Assembly (NCBI GenBank): GCA_003484685.1
Contig: DNBB01000031.1
Location: forward strand, 7,713-59,511
From: Candidatus Babelota bacterium
Lineage (GTDB): Bacteria > Babelota > Babeliae > Babelales > Babelaceae
Reading direction: 5' to 3'
DNA length: 51,799 nt
Part shown: positions 35,945 through 45,411 of the stretch, in pieces
Layout: each line of letters starts with the position of its first letter
Numbering within the stretch: the stretch's first letter is position 1
Program-made: the position numbers and the translations under genes
Notes under the pieces: generated by a model
The model's database searches: none
Seen by the model: the letters and a program-made list of their open reading frames with translations, nothing else
What the model was told of the DNA's origin: nothing

Positions 35945-37468
35945 TTAATGCATGTTCATAAGCATTGCGACCAAAAGACGCACGCCAAAACCCGTAGCAC
36001 CCGTCGAACGCAGGTGACACTTATTCAAAACTTTGAACGAAACTCCAGCAATATCAAGATGGGCCCATGCAACGGTTTCATCGACAAAATGTTCTAAAAA
36101 CATTCCTGCGGTAATTGCCCCCGCACGATACCCATCCTTGCCAATATTGCAAACATCTGCAACATCCGAAACAACCGCCTTTTTGTACTCATCGGTAAAC
36201 GGCAACGGCCAAACACGATCTCCTGAAATCTCCCCTGCCGCAACAAGCTGCTCCCGCAACCCAAAAGTCCGCGTCATTAAACCAGCATAAAACGGCCCTA
36301 ATGCATAGGCGCAAGCGCCCGTCAATGTCGCTAAGTCAACAAGGATATCGAGCTCATATTGCTTACAAATGTATGCCAATGCATCAGCCAAAATTAAGCG
36401 GCCCTCAGCATCAGTATTTTTGATTTCTGAAGTTTTACCATTGTAATGATAAATAATGTCACCAGGCTTAGTTGCCGAACCGCCAGGCATATTTTCAGTC
36501 AATGGCGCAACTGCAATCACCCTAACGTGTGGCTTAAGGTGCGCAATCGCCTGCATCGCAGCAAGCACTGTCGCCGCCCCAGCCATATCATCCTTCATTT
36601 CATCCATATTCTGGGAGGGCTTAATACTAATACCTCCCGAATCAAAGGTGACGCCTTTTCCAACTAAACCAACGGTCTGCGTATAACTTCCCTCAGGCTT
36701 GTATTCGGCAACAATTAACCGCGGCTCTTGGCTTGAACCCTGACTTACTGCAAGGATCCCTCCCATACCTAGAGCTTCCAGTTCTTTTTTGGCAAACACC
36801 TGACACGAAAGATTATCATGCGCGGACGCAATTTCAGCAAAATGATCTGCCAAAGTCGTCGGTGTCAGATCGCACGGAGGCATATCACACCATAAGCGTG
36901 CTTGATTAACCGCAAAACCTTCCCATACGCCTCGATCCCAACCAGTCTGAATTGCTTCATGTTCTGCTTCACGCGCAATCAAAGTTATTTGATAAGAACC
37001 CCTCAAGTGGCGCTCTTGGTCAGTCATATAGGTATTAAATTGATATGCCGCTGTCATCCATGCTGTAGCAAGCTCTTGGGCTACTGCAAATGTATCTAAT
37101 CCTGGAACATTAAAAGTAGGAAATTCGCAGGCAAAATTAGCGATTACCGTATTTTCAAAATATCGAATTGAGCGTGCGGCCGCCAAACGTAGCGATGTTA
37201 ACACTTCGCTCGCATTTGTGGACACCGTGCCCAATCCCACGATCAAAACCCAAACAAGCGTATCGCCACGACGCCCTTGACAGACTAACGTCGCTTCTAG
37301 CGTGGCCGTAAACTTTGTTTGCGCAGCTAAGGCATCAAAATCTATCGTAAGACCCTCAAGAAAAACCCGCTGTTCCTTGTCTATACCACTATCCGAATTA
37401 ACAAAAAGCACATACGCGCCTTCATGCGTTTCAGATAACGGGTGTTTTTTAAGTTGCATATCTAACAT
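35945..37468 (-). CDS. pepA: leucyl aminopeptidase (M17)
   Basis: VGKGVTFDSGG and NTDAEGRLILADAL. I set the start at ATG 37468, which is preceded by gaggt; the track start at 37483 is 5 codons upstream. Confidence 0.93.
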   Translation of the reverse strand: MLDMQLKKHPLSETHEGAYVLFVNSDSGIDKEQRVFLEGLTIDFDALAAQTKFTATLEATLVCQGRRGDTLVWVLIVGLGTVSTNASEVLTSLRLAAARSIRYFENTVIANFACEFPTFNVPGLDTFAVAQELATAWMTAAYQFNTYMTDQERHLRGSYQITLIAREAEHEAIQTGWDRGVWEGFAVNQARLWCDMPPCDLTPTTLADHFAEIASAHDNLSCQVFAKKELEALGMGGILAVSQGSSQEPRLIVAEYKPEGSYTQTVGLVGKGVTFDSGGISIKPSQNMDEMKDDMAGAATVLAAMQAIAHLKPHVRVIAVAPLTENMPGGSATKPGDIIYHYNGKTSEIKNTDAEGRLILADALAYICKQYELDILVDLATLTGACAYALGPFYAGLMTRTFGLREQLVAAGEISGDRVWPLPFTDEYKKAVVSDVADVCNIGKDGYRAGAITAGMFLEHFVDETVAWAHLDIAGVSFKVLNKCHLRSTGATGFGVRLLVAMLMNMH

Positions 37469-37692
37469 AGAACAACCTCGCATATACGTAATACAGTAAC
37501 TGAAGAATCACTATACCATGCCACTATGACTCTGCACACAACACAGATTAAATAACTCTGTTAGCACTACTCGCCAAAAAAGCTACTTTCCCATTGGTTT
37601 CTGCGCTGCTATACTACACTACCTCAACCAAAAACATGCAAAACGTTTTTGTACGCCATTTATACAGCAACTTACATCCGCAAAAGGACTAT

Positions 37693-38151
37693 ATGCTAAA
37701 ATACACTTATTTTTTGACGCTATTCTTTATCGCAACTTCAGCCCAAGCCTTTTCAAACAACAACAGTTCTAAAATCAACATGGATGCTAAAAAAATATAT
37801 CAACAAAGAGCAAGTCAAATAGAAACCCTTTTACAACGCGCAAAAATTCAACCAGCGCTCCAAGATCCAATCCTTCTTCTTTCTTTAACACACAGAAAGG
37901 TCATTCTTCTCCTTGCAAGCGCACAACAGGTACTTCTAAAACATTCAACCTTAGACGCATCTATCGCCAAACAGATGTTAATCCTAGAAGAACTATGCGC
38001 AAAACTAGGGGAACAACATATCTATCTTTCTTCAAAAACAAGAAATTTTCCGCTTCAAAAAATAGAAGAAGACCTTTTTGAAAAAAGCATAACGGTCGCA
38101 ACTAAAATACAATCGCTGCAACCCTATTTCATTCCCAAGAGAGGTTGCTGA
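37693..38151 (+). CDS. secreted helical ORFan
   Basis: The signal peptide MLKYTYFLTLFFIATSAQA begins at ATG 37693, preceded by aaaagga. The track start at 37594 is rejected. Confidence 0.6.
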   Translation: MLKYTYFLTLFFIATSAQAFSNNNSSKINMDAKKIYQQRASQIETLLQRAKIQPALQDPILLLSLTHRKVILLLASAQQVLLKHSTLDASIAKQMLILEELCAKLGEQHIYLSSKTRNFPLQKIEEDLFEKSITVATKIQSLQPYFIPKRGC

Positions 38152-38161
38152 AACAGTCGAA

Positions 38162-38827
38162 CTACCAACAACAGCGCCGCCCCCAGCCTCCATAGCCTCC
38201 CCATCCGCCATATCCCCAACTCCACGGTGATACACAGCCTGAACACCATGGGTATGCACACCCATAACCAAGACCAACACCGAAACTAACCACAGGGCGC
38301 GACTCGAGTCGGCGGCGCTCACGAGCCCGTTGTTTTTTGAGTGCACGTTCCTCATCTTCATATTGAGCAAAATCAGCAACATTAGCTCGCTCTAAAAAAC
38401 GGTGCATATCTTGGGGAGTAAATGAAGCAGCATCAATAATTTGCGTCACCAAAACTTTTCCATCTTTAATAAATAAAAGCGCATCCTGTTCTATACCCCA
38501 TTCATCCCGCAGAAATTTCATGTCACCCCGTGCAAAATTTAAAAGAGCAAAAACAACCGCATCTACATATGTATGACGCTGCGAGAACGCATCGAAGATC
38601 AAGTACATATTATGAACAGCATTCCAGCGAGGTGTGTGTACCAGTTTTTCACTGTCAGCCATCGGTTCCTTAAGCCGTTCTTCAAGGGGTAAGTCGTAAG
38701 CAAAAACCACCAACAAGGGCTGTTCGCGCTTAAGACGATTAAATTTTTTTTGCACATGCACCGTCTCTACATCGGCAGACAATGCAGCCGCACAGAGAAC
38801 ACATAGGCTCAGGCATAAATATTTCAT
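38162..38827 (-). CDS. exported protein with a thioredoxin-fold-like core and a Gly/Trp/Tyr/Cys-rich C-terminal tail
   Basis: Signal peptide MKYLCLSLCVLCAAALSA. The tail reads GVGLGYGCAYPWCSGCVSPWSWGYGGWGGYGGWGRRCCW. The ATG at 38827 overlaps the upstream stop (ATGA). Confidence 0.7.
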   Translation of the reverse strand: MKYLCLSLCVLCAAALSADVETVHVQKKFNRLKREQPLLVVFAYDLPLEERLKEPMADSEKLVHTPRWNAVHNMYLIFDAFSQRHTYVDAVVFALLNFARGDMKFLRDEWGIEQDALLFIKDGKVLVTQIIDAASFTPQDMHRFLERANVADFAQYEDEERALKKQRARERRRLESRPVVSFGVGLGYGCAYPWCSGCVSPWSWGYGGWGGYGGWGRRCCW

Positions 38828-39831
38828 ATCGACGCTTCTCCCCAAATATCACCATCAACAACTATCTTTTCCCGCGGCCGCACCACAGTAGAATCGCCGC
38901 TGCACTGCTTATTTAAAAATTTTTCTATAAAATGGCTTACCCGATATGCATAGACATCAGGATCATAGAAGAACGAATCAAAATGATGACGACCATTAGT
39001 TATCCAAAGCCGCTTAAAACCACTTGTTGCCTCGTATAAGCGCCTAACAGCTGCTGGTGGAGCCTTTGCATCTTTTTTACAGGTAATGTAAAAGGTGGGC
39101 ACAAAAACCTTTTGTGCAGCAGCGACATTGTCCAGCGGCACAACCCGCGTTGGAATCTGGGCGGCATCAATATTAGCCACCGTCTTAAGCAACCATTTTA
39201 AAACTTCTTGTACATACTGATTATAGGCAAATTTTTTCAAAAACCTGCGCCCAGGCAATGCAAACTGCTGCCCCATAAAAGAAAACTCTAAATTACTAAT
39301 GCTCCGCGCTAAAAGATCCTCAGTGGATTCGAAGGGACAATCCCAAACCGCGCAATCGAATAAGCCCCCAAAGCGAGCTTGCGCGTTCATACAAGAGACT
39401 GCTCCCATAGAAAAGGCATATGAAATCAATGGCAACGCAGACAGCTCGCGGTCTGAACGAATAAAATCAACTGCAGCCTTAACATCATAGGCCTCATCCC
39501 GTCCGAAGGTACAACATTGCTTATCTGCATGTTCCCCATGAGCACGAAAATCAAAAAACATGACATTATACTTATCAAACAATGAACGTAAGAACTTAAC
39601 ATCTGCCACACTACACATAAATCCATGGCAGACCAGAACCGTTGCTCTCGCCCCGGGCTTACGATACAAGACACCCTCGCGCGTTAGCATCTGCGGAGAA
39701 CTAATTCCGCCTTCTGATTGGATACGCACGCGCTCAGGATAAACGCCTGCATATTTAAAATACTTTTCAAGCCGCGCTGAAGCAGTCGAAATAAAAAAGA
39801 ATACTGCAATAACCCCCCATACTCGCTTCAT
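38824..39831 (-). CDS. exported alpha/beta hydrolase
   Basis: Signal peptide MKRVWGVIAVFFFISTASA, an HG oxyanion motif (VLVCHGF) and the nucleophile elbow AFSMGA. Confidence 0.8.
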   Translation of the reverse strand: MKRVWGVIAVFFFISTASARLEKYFKYAGVYPERVRIQSEGGISSPQMLTREGVLYRKPGARATVLVCHGFMCSVADVKFLRSLFDKYNVMFFDFRAHGEHADKQCCTFGRDEAYDVKAAVDFIRSDRELSALPLISYAFSMGAVSCMNAQARFGGLFDCAVWDCPFESTEDLLARSISNLEFSFMGQQFALPGRRFLKKFAYNQYVQEVLKWLLKTVANIDAAQIPTRVVPLDNVAAAQKVFVPTFYITCKKDAKAPPAAVRRLYEATSGFKRLWITNGRHHFDSFFYDPDVYAYRVSHFIEKFLNKQCSGDSTVVRPREKIVVDGDIWGEASI

Positions 39832-40385
39832 AGCACACCCCCTCCACGATAATACACGAGTCGATCACTAAACAGGCGCTTTAACTCAGGCATCGTTGTT
39901 GTTGTTTGGCCATATGGGGAGCCGGGAAAGGTTGCCCATGTCTTGTTTGCCAATAAAACTGCCCGCTCAAAATTATCTGCGCGCAAAGCCTTTAACGCAC
40001 CTTTTTGTGCCAAAAGCGCAATGGCGCCGACATCCTGACTCAATGGCCCAAAATCGCTCAAGCCTAGCTTCTTTTCCAAATAATCCCAGGTCTTAACTAA
40101 AAACATATAGCGTCCAGATGCCGAATATCGGGCAACCTGACCGGAACGCTTTTTAACGGAAACATATCCTGGATGTTGCCCAAAACCATTAAACCAGCGC
40201 ATCGGGTAACGCGCTGAGTACCCAAGCACACCATACAAATAAGTACCTTCCGCATGTGCTATTACATCAAGAAATGCACGTACACGTGCATCGCGTCGCG
40301 CTTCCAAGCATTCATCGAAATTCGCTCCCAAGCAACGCAGCGCGCACAACACACAAGCTACCCCCACAAGAAAAATCTTCTTCAT
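39828..40385 (-). CDS. exported lambda-lysozyme-type lytic transglycosylase (GH104)
   Basis: AFLDVIAHAEGT, SASGRYMFLVKTWDYLEKKLGLSDFGPLSQD and NKTWATFPGSPYGQ parallel phage lambda R (AFLDMLAWSEGT..GAGRYQLL..LGLKDFSPKSQD..WASLPGAGYGQ). A signal peptide is present. The ATG at 40385 is preceded by ggggga, and an alternative start lies at 40397. Confidence 0.85.
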   Translation of the reverse strand: MKKIFLVGVACVLCALRCLGANFDECLEARRDARVRAFLDVIAHAEGTYLYGVLGYSARYPMRWFNGFGQHPGYVSVKKRSGQVARYSASGRYMFLVKTWDYLEKKLGLSDFGPLSQDVGAIALLAQKGALKALRADNFERAVLLANKTWATFPGSPYGQTTTTMPELKRLFSDRLVYYRGGGVL

Positions 40386-40600
40386 AATATCCCCCATTTT
40401 CTCTATTTTTCTTTAATTTCTACCCCCATACTAGCAAAATAAAATTCAAGAAAGAAATATTTTTTAGAAAAAAGTACTTCCGGACAAATAAACACATAAA
40501 AGCAAAGGATATGTTCACATGACTTTTAAGCTAAAACCCTTCCCCAGTAAAAAAGCTTGTGCTATCTTTGAACATGTACCCGGGTTACTCGGGGATTTGT

Positions 40601-40685
40601 GCAAGAGTGGCGAAATTGGCAGACGCGCTGGATTTAGGTTCCAGTCCCGAAAGGGGTGGGGGTTCGAGTCCCTTCTCTTGCACCA
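40601..40685 (+). tRNA. tRNA-Leu (anticodon UAG), CCA encoded
   Basis: I folded the cloverleaf by hand. The acceptor is GCAAGAG/CTCTTGC, the anticodon loop is TTTAGGT, the long variable arm is TCCCGAAAGGGGT and the T-loop is TTCGAGT. Confidence 0.9.
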
Positions 40686-40707
40686 AGTTTTTTTACGGGG
40701 GAGACGT

Positions 40708-42018
40708 ATGAAACACGAGTCGTCAGTGGTTACGTGCCAAATTGAATTCCATCCAGAAGCTCCCCATCAGCGCGCTCGCGTTCGAATTCAACAACCCGTT
40801 GTTTCCGCTCTTTATAAACAAGCCTTAGATCTACATCAACGCCAAGTCCAAGCCCGTGGGTTTGGAAAAGGCACGGTCCCCATTGCTTATCTTGAACGAA
40901 CGTATCGTGCATTTATTATTGAACATATGAAAGAGTTTTTACTTAATCATTGCGTCATCAACACCTTATGTAACCAGATGTGTCAAGAGCATCTACTTTG
41001 CGTGGGTGATCCCCTGATAGAATCCATTTATGTAGAACCAGACAAAATCGCCGAGTTTACCTTTTCACTCAGCCAGACCAAGATACAAGAAAAAACCGCC
41101 TGGAAAAAAGTTTCTTTTCATCCGCCCCAACGTCGTAATTACAAAGATATCGACAAGCAGGTCGAAACATTCATAGAAAATGAGTGCACTCCTACACTAA
41201 CAGCTGATAAAAAACCACAGATCAGCGCAGGAGATTGGGTCCTTTTTTCATTATCACTTGTTGATACCCACAAAGACACCAAGGTCCTTAATTATGATGA
41301 CCATCTCTGGTTGCGTATGGGAACAGAAGAACCGGACTATGAAGCCGTCAAACTTTTTTCTGAACGCTCGGTTGGTGACAGCTTTATTTCTGACGATGTG
41401 TTTTTCCAACAATACCTTAGTAAGCAATGGGACTCAGAATACCATTACCTCGTAACCATAAAAGATCATATCAGCAATTCGCACATCCCCAAAGAACACT
41501 TAGCTCGACTCTTCTTCTGCCAAGACCAAGAAGAACTCAAGGATCTTTGTGTTCAAATGTTTTCGTTTCGCCAAGATCTTTCGCTGCGTCGTGAAATGGT
41601 AACAAGCCTTTTCAAAACGCTTCAAAAACACATCCAAATATTGATTCCCCGAGAACTGGTAATTCAACAAGAACGGTATGTATTACGCGAAGTGCAACGC
41701 ACACCTGACTACCCAGTTTATCGTCTACAAAAAGATTTTCGGGATAAGATACGCCAACTTGCTGAAAAACAACTGTATGAAACAGCCATTATTGATTACA
41801 TTGCATCGCAGGAAAAAGTTTCTGCAGAACCAGAAGACATTACGGCCTACTTGGCCCTCCATCTCCACCCACGCACCAAAGACCTGCTTAACTTTCATCT
41901 TCCCCTTACGCAGGTTAACGGCCAGGAGCAGCCCATTCCCGCCAATATGATCAAACTTGCCTGTCTTCGCGAAAAAGCTTTAAACTACATCTTGCACACT
42001 TTGGCACGAACTGCATAA
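40708..42018 (+). CDS. tig: trigger factor
   Basis: GFGKGTVP matches the ribosome-binding signature GFRxGxxP; 436 aa. ATG 40708 follows gggggag. The upstream part of the track ORF is the tRNA. Confidence 0.75.
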   Translation: MKHESSVVTCQIEFHPEAPHQRARVRIQQPVVSALYKQALDLHQRQVQARGFGKGTVPIAYLERTYRAFIIEHMKEFLLNHCVINTLCNQMCQEHLLCVGDPLIESIYVEPDKIAEFTFSLSQTKIQEKTAWKKVSFHPPQRRNYKDIDKQVETFIENECTPTLTADKKPQISAGDWVLFSLSLVDTHKDTKVLNYDDHLWLRMGTEEPDYEAVKLFSERSVGDSFISDDVFFQQYLSKQWDSEYHYLVTIKDHISNSHIPKEHLARLFFCQDQEELKDLCVQMFSFRQDLSLRREMVTSLFKTLQKHIQILIPRELVIQQERYVLREVQRTPDYPVYRLQKDFRDKIRQLAEKQLYETAIIDYIASQEKVSAEPEDITAYLALHLHPRTKDLLNFHLPLTQVNGQEQPIPANMIKLACLREKALNYILHTLARTA

Positions 42019-42030
42019 CACGGGATACAT

Positions 42031-42969
42031 ATGTCGCGCGAGTACGTAACCATCATTGGATCCGGCCCTGCCGGGCTCACCGCAGCACTTTACTGCGCAC
42101 GTATGGGTCTAAGCCCGCTCGTCATCGAAGGCCCTCTTCCCGGTGGTCAGCTTATGACCACTTTTTTAGTAGAAAATTGGCCAGGAGAACAGAGCATCCT
42201 TGGGCCTTCCCTAATTTTTAAAATGCGTGAACAAGCCCAACACTTCGGCACCCGATTTGCATCCGGACTCGTTAACAACATCAACACCAAACAATGTCCC
42301 TTTCGTATCACATTAGCCGATGGAAAAGAAATCCTCTCAGAATCAATCATTATTGCTTCTGGGGCTCGCCCCCGCCGGCTTGAGTGTCCCGGGGAAGAGG
42401 CATACTGGGGAAAAGGCGTTTCTTCATGTGCCGTTTGTGATGGCGCATTTTTTAAAGATAAAACGGTAATGGTTGTCGGAGGGGGAAATTCAGCGCTTGA
42501 GCAAATACTATTCGTCTCTAAATTTGCAAAGAAACTTATTCTTATACATAGAAGCACAGAATTAAGCGCAACTGAAAAGTATTTAATAGACGGGATTAAA
42601 CAACTTTCAAATCTTCAGCTCATCTTTTCAGCTGAACTTGTTGAAATAGTAGGCAACCAAACTCAGGCTACAGGAGCAACAATTCATCACACCAAAACTA
42701 ATACAAAGGAAACATTACCCGTCGATGGAATTTTTATTGCCATTGGCTCTCGCCCTAATACCAATTTTATTCCCGAAGAAGTTAATAAATCGGCGCATGG
42801 GCAAATTATAACCACATCCGGAAGTAAAACAAATATCCCCGGCATCTTTGGCGCAGGCGATGTCACGACACAAGCATACCGACAAGCAGTGACCGCTTCT
42901 GCGCAAGGCTGCCAAGCCGCACTGGATGTTCAAAAATATTTGAAAAAAACCGGTATTCTTTTAAACTGA
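42031..42969 (+). CDS. trxB: thioredoxin-disulfide reductase
   Basis: GSGPAG, the redox centre CAVCDG and GGGNSA; 312 aa. Confidence 0.93.
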   Translation: MSREYVTIIGSGPAGLTAALYCARMGLSPLVIEGPLPGGQLMTTFLVENWPGEQSILGPSLIFKMREQAQHFGTRFASGLVNNINTKQCPFRITLADGKEILSESIIIASGARPRRLECPGEEAYWGKGVSSCAVCDGAFFKDKTVMVVGGGNSALEQILFVSKFAKKLILIHRSTELSATEKYLIDGIKQLSNLQLIFSAELVEIVGNQTQATGATIHHTKTNTKETLPVDGIFIAIGSRPNTNFIPEEVNKSAHGQIITTSGSKTNIPGIFGAGDVTTQAYRQAVTASAQGCQAALDVQKYLKKTGILLN

Positions 42970-43012
42970 CAAAGTAATGGACAAACACAACCAGACAAAT
43001 TAGGAATAAGCA

Positions 43013-43147
43013 ATGTCAATAACATACAAGCCAAAACGTGTAAAACGCAGCCGGAAACATGGTTTTCTATCTCGTATGGCTACTAAATCAGGCCAAGACG
43101 TAATCCGTCGCCGTCGCGCAAAAGGAAGAAAACGCCTCGCCGTTTAA
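43013..43147 (+). CDS. rpmH: 50S ribosomal protein L34 (44 aa, not in the ORF track)
   Basis: [44 protein letters not shown], immediately upstream of rnpA. Confidence 0.92.
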   Translation: MSITYKPKRVKRSRKHGFLSRMATKSGQDVIRRRRAKGRKRLAV

Positions 43148-43159
43148 CCTAGCCCTCCG

Positions 43160-43570
43160 ATGAGCCAAAGCACAAAAAAACGGCAGCGGCCGCTAACCAA
43201 AACCGCTGCCATTATTCGATCTTCACGCCATATTATTCGTCGGCCATTTTTTGAAATCAAAAGCGCCCCTATTGCGTGTAAGCATGCCGATGCACGCTGT
43301 ATTGTGGTAACCCCAAAAGCCGTTGGAAACGCCGTACAACGCAATAAAATCAAGCGACGCATTAGGTTTGCCTACCGAACTCTTAATTTAAATGAAACGC
43401 AGCGACACTGGATTTTTTTCTGTAAAAAAGGTTGCGCTGACTACTCGTATCAAGAACTTTATCAAATCATTGCAGAAGCAAAAACACACGCACAAAATAG
43501 CCAGTCTAATTCTCGATCTCACGGCGCAAAAATTCATACAGAACCTGAGAGCTCGAAGCAAGACACGTAA
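43160..43570 (+). CDS. rnpA: ribonuclease P protein component
   Basis: RNR-type motif AVQRNKIKRRIRFAY and position after rpmH. A low-complexity C-terminal extension overlaps the convergent gene. Confidence 0.85.
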   Translation: MSQSTKKRQRPLTKTAAIIRSSRHIIRRPFFEIKSAPIACKHADARCIVVTPKAVGNAVQRNKIKRRIRFAYRTLNLNETQRHWIFFCKKGCADYSYQELYQIIAEAKTHAQNSQSNSRSHGAKIHTEPESSKQDT

Positions 43571-44168
43571 GAAACGCGGTTAAATTTCGTGATTCCTCCA
43601 AAGAAGCATCAAAAAGGTAAAAATGAGCAACCTCTTTGCAATACTCAAAAACAAAAGGGGGCTGGCCGTGTTCGTCGCATCGCAGCGCAAGCTGGCTAAC
43701 ACAAATCTTTTTAAGCCAAATATACCGCGCGGCCTCTTCTTGAAAAGACACAACAAAGCACTGTAGGGCATCCCATGCATGTTCAGCGCTATACCGCTCA
43801 ATTACGAGGCGCGCCCCTGTCCGCCACACAGATTCTTCTTCGATACCATGACACTGGGTGGCACATTCGGCAACAAGACCAAGATCATTTGGCCACCAAT
43901 GAAAGATTGTGCCATAGCTTAAAAAGACTTTATCAAATCGACCTTCTTTTTGGTACAACCCAATAGCACGCGTACATGCCTCTTTAGCCCGTTCATCGCG
44001 CAATAAATAAAACAACTCTGCTTCAAGCAACGCAACAAACGCCTTGTCCGTGATAGAATGCGACAAAAGCCTAAGCACCGATAGGGCACGCTCACGTTCT
44101 CCACGTTTTACCAGCTCAGCAAGCTTAAACCATGCGATACTTGAATTGCTCTCCATAGCCTGTTTCAT
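43506..44168 (-). CDS. hypothetical helical-repeat (TPR-like) protein
   Basis: 220 aa and all-helical in appearance (..ALSVLRLLSHSITDKAFVALLEAELFYLLRDERAKEACTRAIGLYQKEGRFDK..). No specific motif. Confidence 0.55.
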   Translation of the reverse strand: MKQAMESNSSIAWFKLAELVKRGERERALSVLRLLSHSITDKAFVALLEAELFYLLRDERAKEACTRAIGLYQKEGRFDKVFLSYGTIFHWWPNDLGLVAECATQCHGIEEESVWRTGARLVIERYSAEHAWDALQCFVVSFQEEAARYIWLKKICVSQLALRCDEHGQPPFVFEYCKEVAHFYLFDASLEESRNLTAFLTCLASSSQVLYEFLRREIEN

Positions 44169-44252
44169 GCAATGCCCTTATCGCGAAAATCCTTACTGCC
44201 TTGTCTCATGCCCGAGCTTACTACCCATTCAATAGAATAGCAAAAGAGCCCG

Positions 44253-45134
44253 CTATCCAACGACAACAGGCGCCTGTAAAGGCTTTTTTAAAGTTCCCGA
44301 AAGCAGATGTTCAAACAAAAGCACACGCTGGCAAAGCGTCATTTTATCCTCAATGTGAGACATCAAACTTTCTAAATAGGCTTGCCAATATGCAAGAAGA
44401 TCTGCAACTAGACGATCAAAAACTTCAGTATCAAGCTCTAAACTTTGCGGCAACCCTTCTATAATACGCAGGGACGGTTCAAGGCCATACTCTTGAGCTC
44501 CATGGACAAAGACTTGAAGGCCCTCCTCCTCATACAAGCCCAATTCTTCAAGTCTTCGGCATACGTTACGAACGTAAAGCTCACCTTCTTCTACCACCTG
44601 GCCAATTTTTTTAGCCAAATCACCCGCAGTAATAAATGAGCCGCCGCGGTCGACCACTTCCGCCAACAGCACCTCCATCTCTACCTGCATATTCTTAAGC
44701 GCTTCTAAATACCGCACATACGAACGTAAATCACCAAGAATTTCGTGAGCTATGTACGGAGAAAGTCGTTTTCCAGAATAGACGATCGCATTGGCGTACC
44801 AAACAACCTCGCGATACTTTACCAACAAACAAGAAGTCGAAACCAAAGAGCTCAAAAGGCCCACAGCTGGTGCAAAGCAACAGATAGGCTTGGGAAAAAC
44901 TTTATTAACTTTAGCAACTACAGCCTCACTCACGCGTTCAACCCCCAAAGCAAGAAGGGTAAATAATGCACCGGTTGACGCCGCCGCAAACATTTTGGTT
45001 CCTGAATCAATACGATCTACAGCCCGCTCAGGTGATTGTACCGGAATAGTCACTGGCAATTCAAGTCCCTGCCCTATGCACATACAAAAAAATTCAAAGC
45101 CAATAACCATGCCCAGTAAAAACCGCTTTGCCAT
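44253..45134 (-). CDS. hypothetical membrane protein
   Basis: 293 aa with an N-terminal hydrophobic segment, two further TMs and an acidic helical C-terminal half. Confidence 0.6.
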   Translation of the reverse strand: MAKRFLLGMVIGFEFFCMCIGQGLELPVTIPVQSPERAVDRIDSGTKMFAAASTGALFTLLALGVERVSEAVVAKVNKVFPKPICCFAPAVGLLSSLVSTSCLLVKYREVVWYANAIVYSGKRLSPYIAHEILGDLRSYVRYLEALKNMQVEMEVLLAEVVDRGGSFITAGDLAKKIGQVVEEGELYVRNVCRRLEELGLYEEEGLQVFVHGAQEYGLEPSLRIIEGLPQSLELDTEVFDRLVADLLAYWQAYLESLMSHIEDKMTLCQRVLLFEHLLSGTLKKPLQAPVVVG

Positions 45135-45343
45135 TATCCCACCCCTTTTTGTAGACGCACTCTCGCCAAAGCTTAGTACAAGAAAACAAAGAGGACAACG
45201 CTTGCAACACCAACTAATCTCAAGCTCGAAAAACCATGGTTAACAACGCGGATTTGTAGCGCAGATCAAACCCAGACCAAAAGTTTTTTTAATAAAAAGA
45301 CAGTCTAAAAACGCCCAAACTTATGGAACAAGGACTTAAGATA

Positions 45344-45373
45344 TTGACAAATAGAAAAACATTGCTGTATAGT
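45344..45373 (+). promoter_or_regulatory. sigma70 promoter with extended -10
   Basis: TTGACA (45344-45349), an 18-nt spacer and TGtTATAGT (45366-45373), about 38 nt upstream of ATG 45412. Confidence 0.5.
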
Positions 45374-45411
45374 CAAAAATAATGGATGTTAAACCAAAAG
45401 AGGAGAAGGTT

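Noticed and set aside
39828-40397. The lambda-type lysozyme gene as evidence for a prophage.
   Set aside because: No holin, spanin, structural, terminase or integrase genes flank it. It has a signal peptide and is translationally coupled to non-phage genes.
40519-40707. The N-terminal 63 codons of the 499-aa track ORF, an apparent long trigger-factor extension.
   Set aside because: This stretch is tRNA-Leu(UAG) (40601-40685) read as protein. A proper SD (gggggag) and ATG at 40708 give a normal-length trigger factor.
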